DNA of 64,000 nt from Neoechinorhynchus agilis. Lineage: Eukaryota; Animalia; Acanthocephala. A model generated the notes under the pieces. That model ran no database searches. It had not been told where the DNA came from and saw only the letters and a list, made by a program, of their open reading frames with translations. Position numbers and translations under genes: made by a program. The number at the start of each line of letters is the position of its first letter. The first letter of the stretch is position 1. Below, one piece after another: positions 26,030 through 40,934 of this stretch. The DNA lies in assembly GCA_051530055.1 (NCBI GenBank), contig CM121342.1, forward strand, positions 12,911,480 through 12,975,479. Direction: 5' to 3'.

Positions 26030-26320
26030 TTTTTGAAGTCTGGCCAGCCGGTAACTTTTTTTATTAAATATCTATAATGGCCTATTTCACGGTTGATAAT
26101 TTTACCTTGGACAAAAACATCGGACCAGTTAACCCTTAACTGGGATCGAGGGCATTAGTTCACTTGACCACCTCGACACAGCTACGGAATGTACAAACTC
26201 TGCCAGTTTTGATTTTTTTTAACTCTAGGCCATTGAATGTTTATCCATTTTTTGAAGTCTGGCCAGCCGGTAACTTTGGCTTATTTCACGGCTGATAATT
26301 TTACCTTGGACAAAAACATC
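26030..26320. repeat. Pair of ~75-90-bp direct repeats flanking ~125 bp
   Basis: tttttgaagtctggccagccggtaacttt...gataattttaccttggacaaaaacatcg occurs at ~26030 and ~26248. Confidence 0.8.
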
Positions 26321-28503
26321 GATTCAATCCTTTTTTTAGTATAATCGACAGTTAAAACGTCTGTATTTTAGAAAAACAAAAAAAAATAAATGTGCCACTA
26401 AAATCCGCACAATTTTAGGCATTTGACTAATAAAATTTCCAATGAACATTTTGGATTAGCTTCCCTACCTGCATAGTATGTTCAAGCTATTTATTTTTCT
26501 CAGTTCGAAGCTAATAATGGCGAACACACCATTTAAAATTTGTGTCTAAAGTTTGCACAGTTGATTTCCCCGCGCTCGCCAAATGCCTTTATAAAATTCT
26601 ATCGAATCATCGACCGGATATTCGCACTCGAACGGACATCCCTCCGATCGGATATATCCATTTGAACGGATTTCCAAATCCGAAGCAGTGATCATCGTGT
26701 AAAGTCAGAATTCTCAAGCGAAAAAATTCTAGCGGCCATTCAAACAAAAGTTTCGATTTTATCCACAAAATATATGTTACGGTTCATTTACATAGGGCAC
26801 AACATGAACGCTGGGCTTAACACAAGTCAAAATAAGACAAGTTGACAGTAAGCAAAGAACCACACAACCAAGCACAATTACAATTATCTCATCTTCTGTA
26901 AAGCCGAGAATCTTTGAGTGCTCCTGAGGTACCAGCATGACCATGGACTCAAAAGTCCACTGGTAGAAGCCGCATGAATGCAGGTTGTCATGGCGACGAA
27001 AGACTTGTGATTCTAAGCCCGATTGAACGTCTTGTCACGAGACCTTTTCCATCAACAGACACTTAAGAATTGTTCCGAAATCCAAGAGTTTTAAGTTGGA
27101 GCACATCGAACTCGCCGGTGGCTTTGAGCTTGCTAAACTGCATAGTACCAAAGGGGGCTTTCTGATTAGATTTCGTTATTCCTCGTTTCATGTTTACCAT
27201 ATGGATAATCAATCATCTTTCCGGTTTTTTTCAATTTTTAGCCTTGTGTGGGCGTCCCTTTTGAACCATGCGGACTTAGATCTTCAGCTGTCAATCTTTG
27301 CAAAGTTATTCGTTATACTAGAAAATTTGGCTTTGTTTTTTAAGCATTTTTAGAAAGAAACACAGCTACGGTTGTTGTTTAGAAAATGGTTAAGGATTCT
27401 TTAAATCGATATGTTTGTAATCTTGCTAATTCACGCGGGTAACAATAGTCGATGACAACCCAAGAATTTATAGCGCATGACTGTTTAAATTTCGTCTACA
27501 GTTCCATAGATTACAAATATCGAATTCGTTTTATTGAAACTCTTTTAACCGAACCCATTAGATTATGAGGCCGAATTGAATGGTTTTGTAAGCCAACGAT
27601 TCTTGTTGTTTGTTTTATAATCGAAGAAATTCTGGATTTTGTATTTGAATGAAGTAAATGATCGGATTTTTAAATAATCGATTAGGTCAAGGCTACGAGG
27701 CATCATAGCCAGAACTTGTTTAAAATGATGAAAAAAGACAACAAACTTTCTATTACAAATGCACTTAAGGATTGAACTATCCATGTTTGTTTATGGCGTA
27801 CAATTGAAGGAATTTATTAAATCCGAAATTTCGGAGGCACGGGCAAAAATACAAGATATGTGATGTAGTCAATTTAAGTACCGAGCTTGGCGTATCTGTA
27901 TTAGTGTTCTTAGATAAGCATCAATATTAAGCTTGAGTTTATGAGAAGAAACCAATCTTAGTGTCGTTTTTGCATATGTTCATTATATAGCTGTGCCCTC
28001 GAAAAATTAGTTGGTAGGATTTTCTTCTAAAACTTGAAACACCGAAAATAGAACAATTGAACATAATGAAAATTTTATAAAAATGTAAATGTGTTGCGTG
28101 CCGCATGTTGGAGATCTTAGCTCTAAGCAATGAATTTGGTTGTTTGAGAACAGCATTAAAATTTTGGTCAAAAAATAGGCACCCTCGCATTCGCGAAAAA
28201 ACGAAAACGAAATAGAGCCCCAACGTATTTATGAATATAGAAATATGCAACAGCTTCACGAATAATCGATTGAAATGTCAATCATTGGCTATATTAATGA
28301 CTTAACGGCCGTAGGAGATTCAGAAGCTTCAAAATGACGTGCACTTTTATATAAAAAAATTCTTTATTTTTTAAAAATGATCATCTAAGCATTGCGATTC
28401 GTTGCGACACGAGTTTCGCAAGTTTTTGTTATAAATTGAAAAATTAACATTTTTTTGCGAATCTTAATAATAAATTGCGATTTCCCAAAATTTATTTTAG
28501 AGA

Positions 28504-31501
28504 ATGGATTTAGATACAGGGAGGCTGAATGCTTTATTGGAAGAAGCTCCTCTCATGCTAGGCAGGTTGACCGTCCCTAATAAGAGTCAGCAATCCGAAA
28601 AAATTAAAAGTCAGGTTTGCTCGCGAATATTCAAAATACTCGAAAATAGGGACTTCTACGATAACTCAATCAAACCTTTAACGCTATCCAAAATCCTTCC
28701 CGCGTTGTACAAAGCTCAACGCAACACCCTGAATCGTGATACGGTCATCCGCTTACTCCAGATATTGAGTAAATGTGCCATTTTCGAGACAGATTCACAC
28801 GATGAACAACTCCACCAATCAATCATATCGTGTATTTCGGACTTGTTAAGCGATACAGACAAAAATGACCTGCGATTTTTGCGTTTGAGTAATGTTCCCA
28901 TGACGGGGCAACTCATCCACTATTCACTTCAAAATTCACTGGATACAAAAAAGCGTTCTCCTAATGAACGTAAGGAACACCTGTCGAATCTTAGGAACCT
29001 TTTATCAGAAAAGAATTTTATTTCCGATCACGCGATTACAGTCGCTTCCTTTCTGCCTGGTGTAGCGAGTCTAATCCTTAATACGATCAATAGTCCAGTT
29101 TTAAGTAAACAAGAAGTCCGAATGGGTTTAGATATAGTGCGCTCTCTCTTAGATGTCTGCTGTCGGAATGAAATAGAAGGATTTAAGATTCCTAAATGTT
29201 CAGATGTACACATCATTTCTTTTCTCGACGTTCTAAAGGATTTCGAACGGTGGACTGAAATGGTAGATGTTAATCTTGCGAAAATCATCCACAAAGCTTT
29301 TCAAGACTGTAACAAGGCTGGCAAAAATAATCTTAGAAAACTTATTGCAACGATTGTGTGCAATTCTAAACTGCGCGAAAGCGCTCATAAAATAATCCGA
29401 TATGTGTATGAGATATGTCCTGAAACTGGAATGGGTTTGAATGATTGGTACCCGTTTGACGAGATTTGTTCTTTGATTTTCAAGACAAATCCAATCAATA
29501 ATGACATTGAACGTCTTCTTAAATCTCTCAAAGGATACTTAAGCCATTCGCGGGCCGGCAACATCCCACTTCTCGTTGGAACGCTAAAGCATATTTGCGG
29601 ACGTGACAAAATTCCGACAAGATCGTCTTTGGTGACTAAAGGGGAAAATCATCAAACATGGGTACTATTATGTGAGCTAATGAGTCAATTGGATTCCATT
29701 GATTTAAGGGAATTGCTAAATCATTTAATCGATCCATTCTATGATCCCACTTGCCATTTGAAGTCTTTGATTTTAATTGACGCAGCAGTACATGGTTGTA
29801 AACGAAATGATGACTTTGCTCAGATATACAACATGTTATCGGATTCCTTGGATGCTCTATTAACTCTGGACATCGACGAAATAAAAGCTCAAAATAGAAT
29901 GGAGTTTTTCTACGACTCAGTATCTTTTATGGTACATTCTTTGGAACCACTCACAGAGCCAGATGCGTATCCACCTACCATTCCGAAAAGTCTATTCAAT
30001 TTTCTCTCGGCTATCGCATATTCTGATGAAGTTCTAAGCGACATCGGTATAAATGCGATAAAGCACCTGATTTTAAAGTGTGGCAGGAAAACGGGTGAGA
30101 CGATCGGAAGTGCATGAGTTAGGCCCAAGAGGGGAACATCCTTATACTCTAGATCTCGGGCTCAAACGAAAAACGTAGATAGTAAGTTGGTAAAACAACT
30201 AAAGCTAGTCCGGAAAATCTAATGATTTCACTATTGTTGCAAAGTTCCACGAACACGGTCTTTTGACTTCTTTAGCTATTTGGTGACATCTGAATGACTT
30301 TATAGACAATAAAGCTGTCAGTTAAGTCCACTTTTTTCATTTCTTTAGACAAGCACATTCGATCCGCGTAATCTCTTAGATGCTATGACGGAGCGATCAT
30401 TATTCCGACTCCGATGCAGTCCTGGAATTTGTCTATCAACGATACGAGCCCTCAAATCTTCTATCTTAATGACCGAACTAACCAACAATGACCCTGTGCA
30501 ACTAGTACGACCACTGCTATATGACATTCTTGCACATCTGAAACCAAACCGGAGCTCTTTATCTGTGAAAATGTCGATATGCGACCTACTAAAAGTGTTC
30601 TGCAAAAAGTTCAAGTTCAATAAGTGCAAAAAAGAAAACAGTGAATTGGAAGAAGACGATCCATTAAAATTAGTCGCACAGATTGTCGAGTATGTAGGGG
30701 TAAATGCCATTTTTGACGATGATTCCAGTTTACGAAGAAGAGCTTTAAGCGTAATTGATCCTGGAGTCGATATCATCGATTGATTGAATCTCTTGCCTTA
30801 GTGTGACCTCATTGGTTCAGTAGCATCATATTTTTTACAATGAATATTCTATCCTCAAGTAAGCGTTACATATCTGCGGTAAATGTAGTTGAGATAATAA
30901 GCATTTTTATAAAATTATCTATTGGTACGACACGAGATTCAATCTCATCCGCTTCCATGAGAACACTTTTCTTCCAATTGTTCACAAAATATGGCCTGGA
31001 CTCTGTTACCAATGCGGTAATTTTCAAAAGATCCACACTGCCTATCAGGCGCTTGAGCTATGCTGGAAGTTATGCGAAGAGCAGTATTGTCGGGATTTTG
31101 TGCGAAAACGAGTTCACGATGAGCTGTATGAGCCACTTTTTAGAGCTCTTAGTGGTGAACGGGTGTTCGAACCGGACGAACGCTCTGAGGCTGGACGTCT
31201 CTTAAGATCAATGGTAAAGCTCGCAATTAACCTTCAATTCGATTCTTGGGTTGCTCGCCGTCTTCTTCTACTCATTATAAGTTTTACCCAAAGATTGAAT
31301 ACTATTGGACGCTACAATCGAAAAACGTATTTTGAAAACGTTCAATTGGCGATTGAAGACCTGGTTTACTATTATCCGGCTGTTGTGTGGGCATGCAGTC
31401 GTAAGCTGAAGGAAGGAAAGAAAAATGTAGTTAATTTCAATGAGAAACTTGAACGCATTATGTTTAGTGTTAAGGTTAAGAAGCAAAGAGCTTTTGTTTG
31501 A
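28504..31501 (+). CDS. TTI1: TELO2-interacting protein 1 homolog (TTI1), multi-exon HEAT-repeat protein
   Basis: VASFLPGVASLI, FLPIVHKIWPGL and CRDFVRKRV match TTI1 motifs (ASFLPGI, LLPLAHQAWPSL, CGDFLRSRF). Splice sites around 30100-30350 and 30770-30930 are uncertain. Confidence 0.8.
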
Positions 31502-31539
31502 TCTTCTTCATTTTTTATTACCATACACGCTCCTACGTA

Positions 31540-32040
31540 ACCTCGGCGATAATCTCTCCCCGTTACCCGTCTCATTCAACTGGATTTATCGAGAGCCTTC
31601 AACTCCGTGGTCTAAGCTCGCGACAGATCCGCTGGCTCGAATCTTATCTTCACAATCGCAAACAATACATTCACTGCCATTCTACCTCTTCTATCAGCCT
31701 ATCCCCCTCCAAAGGCGTACCTCAAGGTGCCGTACTCTCACCCTTTCCTTTTTAATATTTTCCTGGCTTCCGACATTTAGGAGTCCCTTCGCCTTATCTC
31801 TCCAAATTTTACTTCAGCATTATTTTGCCCTCCCTCATCTACGGTTATCACGTCTTCTGCAACCTTTCCCAATCACAAATCCATCGTCTTGAAACGTTTC
31901 ATGGAGAACAGCCTCTAAAATTTGAAAATCCACTCCGAAACCAACAACCACATTCATTTATCCCATCATTTGGTTCGAGTGTTCATGAGTACTCAAAGGT
32001 ACATGGTTCCTATTCTTTGTGGATTAAGAAATAAATGTAT
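31540..32040 (+). mobile_element. 3' fragment of a CR1/L2-type LINE
   Basis: RWLESYLHNRKQ..KGVPQGAVLSP RT motif. The 3' tail (ggtacatggttcc...aataaa) is shared with 36270-36330, 43320-43360 and, loosely, 53040-53090. Confidence 0.8.
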
Positions 32041-32519
32041 CATTATCAGTATGCACCATTAAGCTTAATGATTAATTTTATTGAACGTACACGAGACATT
32101 TTTTACGTTGATTATCGTGCCCACTTTTCCCCGTCTGATTTGCATAAACACGATGGACAAGGAACCATTTTACGGGTTATGCTATTTGTTCCAGAATAAT
32201 CATAACTTTTTGAGACTATCCTTCAAAGACATCACAGAACCTTTTTTAGATATAAATTCCAAACTTTTATTTGAAATTAACTCAGATCACTTTTACAGCC
32301 ATTTACGAATATTTACGTCATCGCTGTGTAATAGTCGAAGAAAGGACGGATGCAGCGTTCCCGTTGGCTGTTTCACAGGAGGAATGCTCCTGCCCTCGGA
32401 TTGTGGTACCAAAAGACTCGACTTTCTAAAAAAAATCTTGATATCTACGGGGTATCGTGAGTCATCAGATTCCGAGCGAACTTTATATTAAATGTATAAA
32501 ACAATGTAACACGCACACT

Positions 32520-35500
32520 ATAAATTCTATGAATGAACATAGTTTCGTTTTCTTCAAATGTTATGTTTGTTCGGCAGCTTCCTTGATGGCCGCGGCATTG
32601 CCGCGTTGGATCGCCGCGCTGATTCGCTGCAACAGGAAGCTGCTGGATCGCATATCGCCGGTGGCATGTTTTAGCAACCCTCCCAGTCGTGAGAGGAAAT
32701 AATCGACTTCTTTGCCGAGACATCCCAGTGTTTCCACCGCAATCGGGATGAAAATATATTGATGTCCATCGAGCGAGGAGTACTTCTGCCGCTTCTTTTC
32801 CTCGCTGAAGCTGGCGACTGCTCCCGCCTTTGAGGTGGCATCCCGTAAGTGGTATGCTGCGAGCGTGTTGGGGCAGGTAAAATCCCAAACCAGTATTTTC
32901 CCGGAGCACCATGGGAGGAGAGTCGCTCCATCAGGGCGTTTACCGTCGTTCCGGGAGAGTCCAACTGGTTCGAGTCGAGCTGGAAAACCGGCCGTTGAGA
33001 GTGCTTCCTTGATTATGCGGTTGACTGCTGAGTGCCGTGCGTGGCGAGCAGTTGAACGCTTGCAGTCAGGGCCGTGAGTTCCCGATCCGTTCACTGTCTC
33101 ACCGCACCGACACGTATATGAGCCTGAGAATTCGATGCCCAACCGAAGTCCCACAGCGACGGTGATGGCCTGATCATCCAGCCTCGTGCCAACAGATGTG
33201 ATTGGGAAAGCCTTCAAGAAGTCGCTGGAATGTAGAGCTGAAACTGCCAAGAGACAAGCTCTATCGTTGGGAGATGAGCATGAGTTAAGAAGCTGCTGAT
33301 AATACGCAGTGTGGAGCAAGGTAGTCCAACGTTTTTGCGAGTTTGTTTCCGTTGGAACGACTTGCCCGAACACTGACGTCCATTGAGCGTGCGCTTCGAT
33401 CAGTTCAGGCGGTGGATGTGACTCGTGTCGAATGTGTGGTGGGATGATTCTCAGCACCAGGTTTCAAGAGACCGAGATCGACGACGAAAAGGCAGGAGTC
33501 GCTACTTCGGTGGCGCTCTGGATGCCAAGACCGCCGAATCGAATGGGAAGGATCGCCTGTTTCCATGCTGTGTCGGACAGACGTAGGTTAAGTACTTCTG
33601 ACAGGGTTGATCGAACGCAGTTGTCGAAATCCCTGGTGATCACTGACTTGAAGCATGGAGAAGTCCTGAGAAGGTACGCAATCTTCGGTAGCGACAGACA
33701 TCGTGATAATATGAACAGAGCGTCGTGTCGCGCGATGTGCAAGAGCCTGGAGGCAGTGAGCCGCAATTGATCGATGGCTTTTGAAAGGAACGTTTTCAGA
33801 TTAGACAGGTTACCGATTGGCGACCCGAGAATGTCAGCTGAGTCGGTTGCAGTTGTCTTTGCTCCGGGCAGTACGGTGAGCAGTCTCGATGCATCCTCTT
33901 GGTCGCCCGAAATGATTTCGCATTTGTCCGTTCTCAGGAATAGTCCTATATCGGCACCCATTACGGAGATGTTGTTGATGTCGCCGATGAGTTGGTCGTT
34001 TTTCCCTCCGATGCAACAGTCGTCGAGGTACCACATCGACAACTCTGACGAAGAGCTGTATGCAAGATGATTGATCGTCAATGAGAACAGCAGAGGACCT
34101 AAAGGATTACCTTGTTGAACGCCCTCTGCTGATTCGACCTGGAACTCGCCAAACAGCAGCATGCTGAACTGGTCGTTGCACAAGGACACATACTGGTAGA
34201 TTTCTGGTATGTGCTGGTGGACAACCTCTGTCATCGCGGTGCGGCATATTGAATTGAACGCGTTCTCCATGTCAAGCTTGACCATAGCCGTTCCCTTACG
34301 GATACCATTTCGACTATACGCTCGTGCTGAGTGTACGGCCGCCTCGGCTCCAGCAGGAACTCCGACTCCTAAATGAACCGGCAAGAGTTGATCGATCAAT
34401 CGATCGGTGGCGAACTGACACGCGACTTGGGATGCCAGTCGACGGAAGGTTCAACCAACGGCAATGGGACGAACCCCTCCACCTTTTTTTGTGAAAACGA
34501 TCAGCTTGGCACCGCAGAGTAGACGCGCGACTGGAGGAGGTACGGAACCGCGGACGATTACGCGTGTGAGCTCGGTGATTCCGTTCAGCAATCGTGTACC
34601 TTGAGCTCCAGAAGAGAAGCAGGTCAAATCCCGTAAGTGTCGAGGGCTTAAACCATCATATCCTCCAGCTGACGATGGCGGAAAGGACATCAGAGCGTAA
34701 GTGACGGTGGAAACTGTAATGGGTATGAGGGGATCGCGGTCGGACTCTGTGAACGACGGATCATAATTTGGCTTGAAGCAACTCCGTCTGCGTGGAGGAT
34801 GCTTCATTTTTTAGGAGTCGAGGATGTCCTTGTTCGGCGCGAGTAGGCGGTCCGTTCCGCTTACAAGTTGAACGGCACCCCTCAGGTCGCCGTCCTCCAG
34901 CTTTTCGGAGCATTTCGCACGTAGTTGAGAGTCCGGGTCGTGAGGAAAATTACGGCGATGGCTTTGCCATCCAAGATGCTCGACTTGTTCAAAGGACTCG
35001 AAAGCGTCGGACCTGTTGCGAATCTTTTGACTGAGCGATTTATTCTCGTTGGCTTCAGCAGTTTGTGTGGGAACACGTAAGACGGCTTTGGGAAACGCGA
35101 GGAGGTTGAACCAGTCAGATGGTACGGTTGGATCTCGTATGATACGCTCGATCAGGCATGCTAATTTGGAAGCTATGGAGGACCTGGCGCCTCGCGGGAT
35201 TCGTCTAATCATGCGGGTACCGTGTGAAAGCATCTCGACTAGTGCTGGCGGTGGGGCATTCGTGTCTGTGACCACAGTTGTGAGTTCGCTCAAATTGGAT
35301 GGATTGGATGAAGACGGAGAAGCAGGCTGAGTTGGAGGTTTTCTGGATCCGGGGCAATGCGAACCATGTTGACCGTGGGAGCGGACGAGACCACTGAGAG
35401 TCGGTTTGAAGACACGAAGACAAACATTGCATTTTACGGATTTGCATTGGAGACTGGGCACCCCTTCGCCAGCAAGCGAAACAGCCGCCGCGGCGGACGT

Positions 35501-35700
35501 TGTTGCGGCATGCAAACTGCCTCCCTCGATTGAGGCCGCACTCGCACTGAGGTTTGAACCATCGGAATGCAATCTTTCCGGTGTTCCTCTGTTTATCATT
35601 GCGGGAATGTTTTCGAAGGGCACATGGGTTTCTCGCGCGGCGGGCGTTGTTGCGGCGGACGTTGTTGCGGCGGACATTGTATTTTTTTATCGACGTTTAA
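32520..35700 (-). mobile_element. Near full-length CRE-type non-LTR retrotransposon (family A), single long ORF broken by three stops
   Basis: N-terminal CxxC..H..C finger, RT (VRPIAVG, KLDMENAFN, GVQQGNPLGPLLF, WYLDD), C-terminal CRC..H..C knuckle and the RLE motif KRPDG..WDFT..PIAVETLG. Confidence 0.93.
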
Positions 35701-35940
35701 ACATTCTCAACTTTACGTTGCTTCATTGTATCATCCAAAGAAATCGATCAGATGTAAAATCTATCGATTCCGTTGTTCGATGGTATTTTTTATTATCCGA
35801 CGTTGAACTATTCTCAATTTTAAGTAGCTTTATCGAATCATCCAAAGGAGTCGATCAGATTAAAAGTCTATCAATTCCGTTATTCAATGGTGTTCTTATT
35901 ATCCGACGTTGAAACATTTTCAAATTAAGTGGATAGTTCT
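35683..35940. repeat. ~107-bp tandem repeat (about 2.4 copies) at the 5' end of the CRE element
   Basis: ttatc(c)gacgtt..a.attctcaa...atcatccaaag.a.tcgatcagat recurs at ~35690, ~35795 and partially at ~35900. Confidence 0.75.
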
Positions 35941-36269
35941 TATTTGATGATCGAAAAAAAACTATCGAATGCGACATCGATCAAAAATTCCATGAAAAAT
36001 CGGTCACTCGCCCTCACAGAACTTTCCCACTTGACCGAATATTCCCAATCGGCCGGCCGAGTAATTCACTCCGTAGTCTACAGTTACGCTCGTTTATCCT
36101 GGCAAAACTCGAGTGTTCAATTACTCTTCTTTGGTTATTAATATAATGTGTTTTCCCGCAAAAAATCCTTTTCCCCAAAATTCGTTCAAATGGCGATTCA
36201 ACATGGCGGCGGGCAGTCAAGGACTCTTTTGGTATACGCAATCCTGATCGCTTCCCAAACTTGCCATCT

Positions 36270-38719
36270 TAATAATAACACGTTTTATTATTCCACACAC
36301 AAACAAGCACGGGGACCATGTATCTTTTGATTCGTGCTGTTTGGTTAAGACTGAATTCGAAAAGAGTTGCAAGTCGTCGCAAGACTCATGGGTTGATTGT
36401 GCGATGGCAAAAAATTATTTTTTATAGTGTGGTGCGAGGGAGAGGCGGATCGAATCTGTTCGGACATCGCGTATTTCGGACGGGTTCCCTTGCCGGGATG
36501 AACGGGAGAAATTTAGATGGAAGGGAACGCAGGGAGGTCATGTATTTATCGAATATTTTGAAAAAACAAATTTTGCAGGCTCGTTTATTTAGGGAGGAAA
36601 GCAAGCGCAGTTGATGGGTGGATAAATTGCAAAAGGTTGGGTATGCATATGAGATTGCAGGGACCAAAACGGACCAATAGAAATGTGCTAGATCGCATGG
36701 GCTGACTCCGAGGAAACGCAAGCGCTTGATAAGATAAAATTTAGCAGTGGCTTTTGCTACGACGCCATTAATGTGGATATCCCGTTTGAGGTTGTGCTGG
36801 AAGATTAGGCCCAGAATGTGAAGCGATGTGACGCGTTGGATATCGAGAGGGAGCGGTGGAATATCAATCCTAGGTTTTCGAAGCGACGGAATAAGTTCAT
36901 ACGATTTGGAGAAATTAATTGAGAGTTGATGGGTGGTGCAATCTCTGCGGACGTGAGGCTGAGCGAGAGTGATGGAGGAGCATGGGTTATGATGGTTAGG
37001 TCGTCCGCATAGAAGAAATATCTAGCGGACGTTGAGAGGGGTGTAAGGTCGCTGAGGAAGATATCGAAAAGTAAGGGCGATAGTATAGCTCCTTGTGGCA
37101 CACCGCAATGTATGGGAAGCTTCGTTGAGCAGGTATTGCCGCATTGAAAATATTGCGACCGGTTGACGAGGAAAGAAGTGAGCCAAAGCCAAATTTCTCG
37201 CAGGCCTTAACGAGAAGATCGTGATCTACAGAGTCAAAGGCCTTGGCAAGATCCACCTGGATGAGGCGACAAACGAAAGACGGTTCTTGGTCAAGATTGC
37301 GCAGAATTGAATCGCAAATGCACAATAGGGCGTTGGTACAACAGAATCCTGGTCGGATGCCGAATTGGCTAGACGAAATGTTTTGTAAAAAGATGGGGAG
37401 GATGCGAGTTTTGAAACATTTTTCAACAATTTTAGAAAACGGTGAGAGTAGAGATATAGGGCGAAAGGATGTCGGAGAAGCGGGTATCCCCGCCTTAGGG
37501 ATTGGAATGACGCCAGCGGTCTTCAGGCAGTCTGGAAAAATCCCCCGTTTCAAAGCTAGAATTGATGATATGAGCTAGAGGCTCAAAGATCAAGGAAATG
37601 ATAATGCGAATGGCCCAGAAAGGAATCGGAGCGTTAGGGGATGATGTACGTGGTAGTTTTTTGAGGAGTAGGAATACCTCAAGAGTGGAGACGCGTGAAA
37701 AAGGAGCACAGGTCATATCGTTGCGATAGTCGCAGGGGCGTACGACGCTTGTGTCAGTGGAAAATTTGGGAGGGCACATGGTAGCGTTCATGGAGTTGAG
37801 GGTGTTTTCAAGCTGACATTTATGCAGATTGACGAAAGGCTGAGATCTGTAAAGGCAATTTTTGATCTCGCTCCACCAGGAACGATTATGGGATGACGGT
37901 AGTTTGGAAAAAGGAAGGTTTTGCGAGCGTGAAGGCGCTCAGTGAATCTCTTGTGGAGTTCTGGGTAATCGGGATGTCGGGAGCGAAAGGATTTTTTCAC
38001 CTTGTCTTGCAGATATTTTAGTAAAGGTGAAAACCATGGTGGATCACGATTCGACATACGAATCATTTTCCGAGGGAAATAGATGCACATGCAATGGACT
38101 AAAGTATTGTGCAATGCCGCCATGGCTTCAGACGGGTCGTTGCTGCATATAGAACTTCGGATTCCGGGTAGGGCATCACTTACCTTGTTGAAGGAGTGAG
38201 AGTGATGCTCACGTTTATTCAAGATCGGGAAAGGGTCGGAGGACTGTCGCTTCGGAGGGACAATTGGTCTAAGGAGGACGGTGCAGTGATCCGAGGTCGC
38301 TACGGGTTAGAGTTTAATGGGAGCGGAATATTTGGCTATATTGGTAAAGATTTTATCTAGTTTGGATGAACCACGCGAGGGAAAGTTTACTAGTTGTAAG
38401 AGAACAGAGATGAAGTGTTGAGAATTTAACGATAGTTTGTCATTAATTAAGGTATCGATTTGTTCAGATGTTGCGGCAGTAGGTGAGGCATGGGGGCGAT
38501 AAACACCGGCGAAGGTCATTTCACGGCTGCTGTTACGAAGAAAAAGTTGAAGGTGAACCCATTCGAGATGTTCTGATATAAAATAGTGAGGGGTGGAGAT
38601 GGCGTACGGTAAGGAGGACTTCAAGTAAATAGAGACGCCTCCTCCAGAACGATCATCTCTAGTTAGGTGAAATGAGGAGAATCCGGGGATGATGGTAGTG
38701 TCCTTATTAAATTTGGTCA

Positions 38720-38723
<4 letters not shown>
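36270..38723 (-). mobile_element. CR1/L2-type LINE ORF2 (APE + RT), frameshifted
   Basis: APE motifs (RDDRSGGGVSIY, GVYRP, FPSRGSSKLDKIFTN) and RT motifs (FRPISLLSPFSKIVEK, VDLAKAFDSVDH, PQGAILSPLLF, YADD). Confidence 0.92.
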
Positions 38724-40440
<1,717 letters not shown>

Positions 40441-40934
40441 ATGCTGCAGATTGAGAACATGGCCGATATTGAAACTAAGAAGATTAAAAGCAGACACTCC
40501 AGCAAACAGGTAATTTTGTTGACAACAAATCTGACTATAAACTCAGTCTGCGAGTCCCACCGGATAAACTATTAGACAATGCTTCTTCTAAATTGTACAT
40601 TGACTGAAGAAGGCCAACGGAAAATTCGGAATCAAACATCGCTAAATGAAACTGAAACTATAATGAATAATTTCTCCACAAAAATGATCTATACAGTGAG
40701 TATTTCTCCATCCCTGTTCTTATATTGTCAATAATGGAATAATGGACGTAGAAAATGGTAATATCGCTTTGAATTAAGAATGGACTTATTACCCCCATCA
40801 ATTTTTACTTTCGTTAAAATTAGAGCACACAATTATCGAAATTTCCATTCAGATATTAATTCGAATAGGGAGTTTCTTCGACGGATTCGTTCTCAAAACG
40901 TAATCGCCGCAAAGTTTAAAACACACCTTATACT

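Noticed and set aside
26130-26147. ttaacccttaa as a piggyBac end or telomeric seed
   Set aside because: No matching opposite terminus and no tandem telomeric repeats.
30760-30960. In-frame stops suggesting a TTI1 pseudogene or an alternative genetic code
   Set aside because: A different frame (HENTFLPIVHKIWPGL...) continues the homology, so an intron explains the stops. TGA, TAG and TAA all serve as normal stops in MPI/RPL36, calmodulin and EXOSC10.
33432-35912. Long plus-strand ORFs over the CRE element (also 45619-46491 and 52599-53033)
   Set aside because: They are antisense shadows of GC-rich retroelement ORFs.
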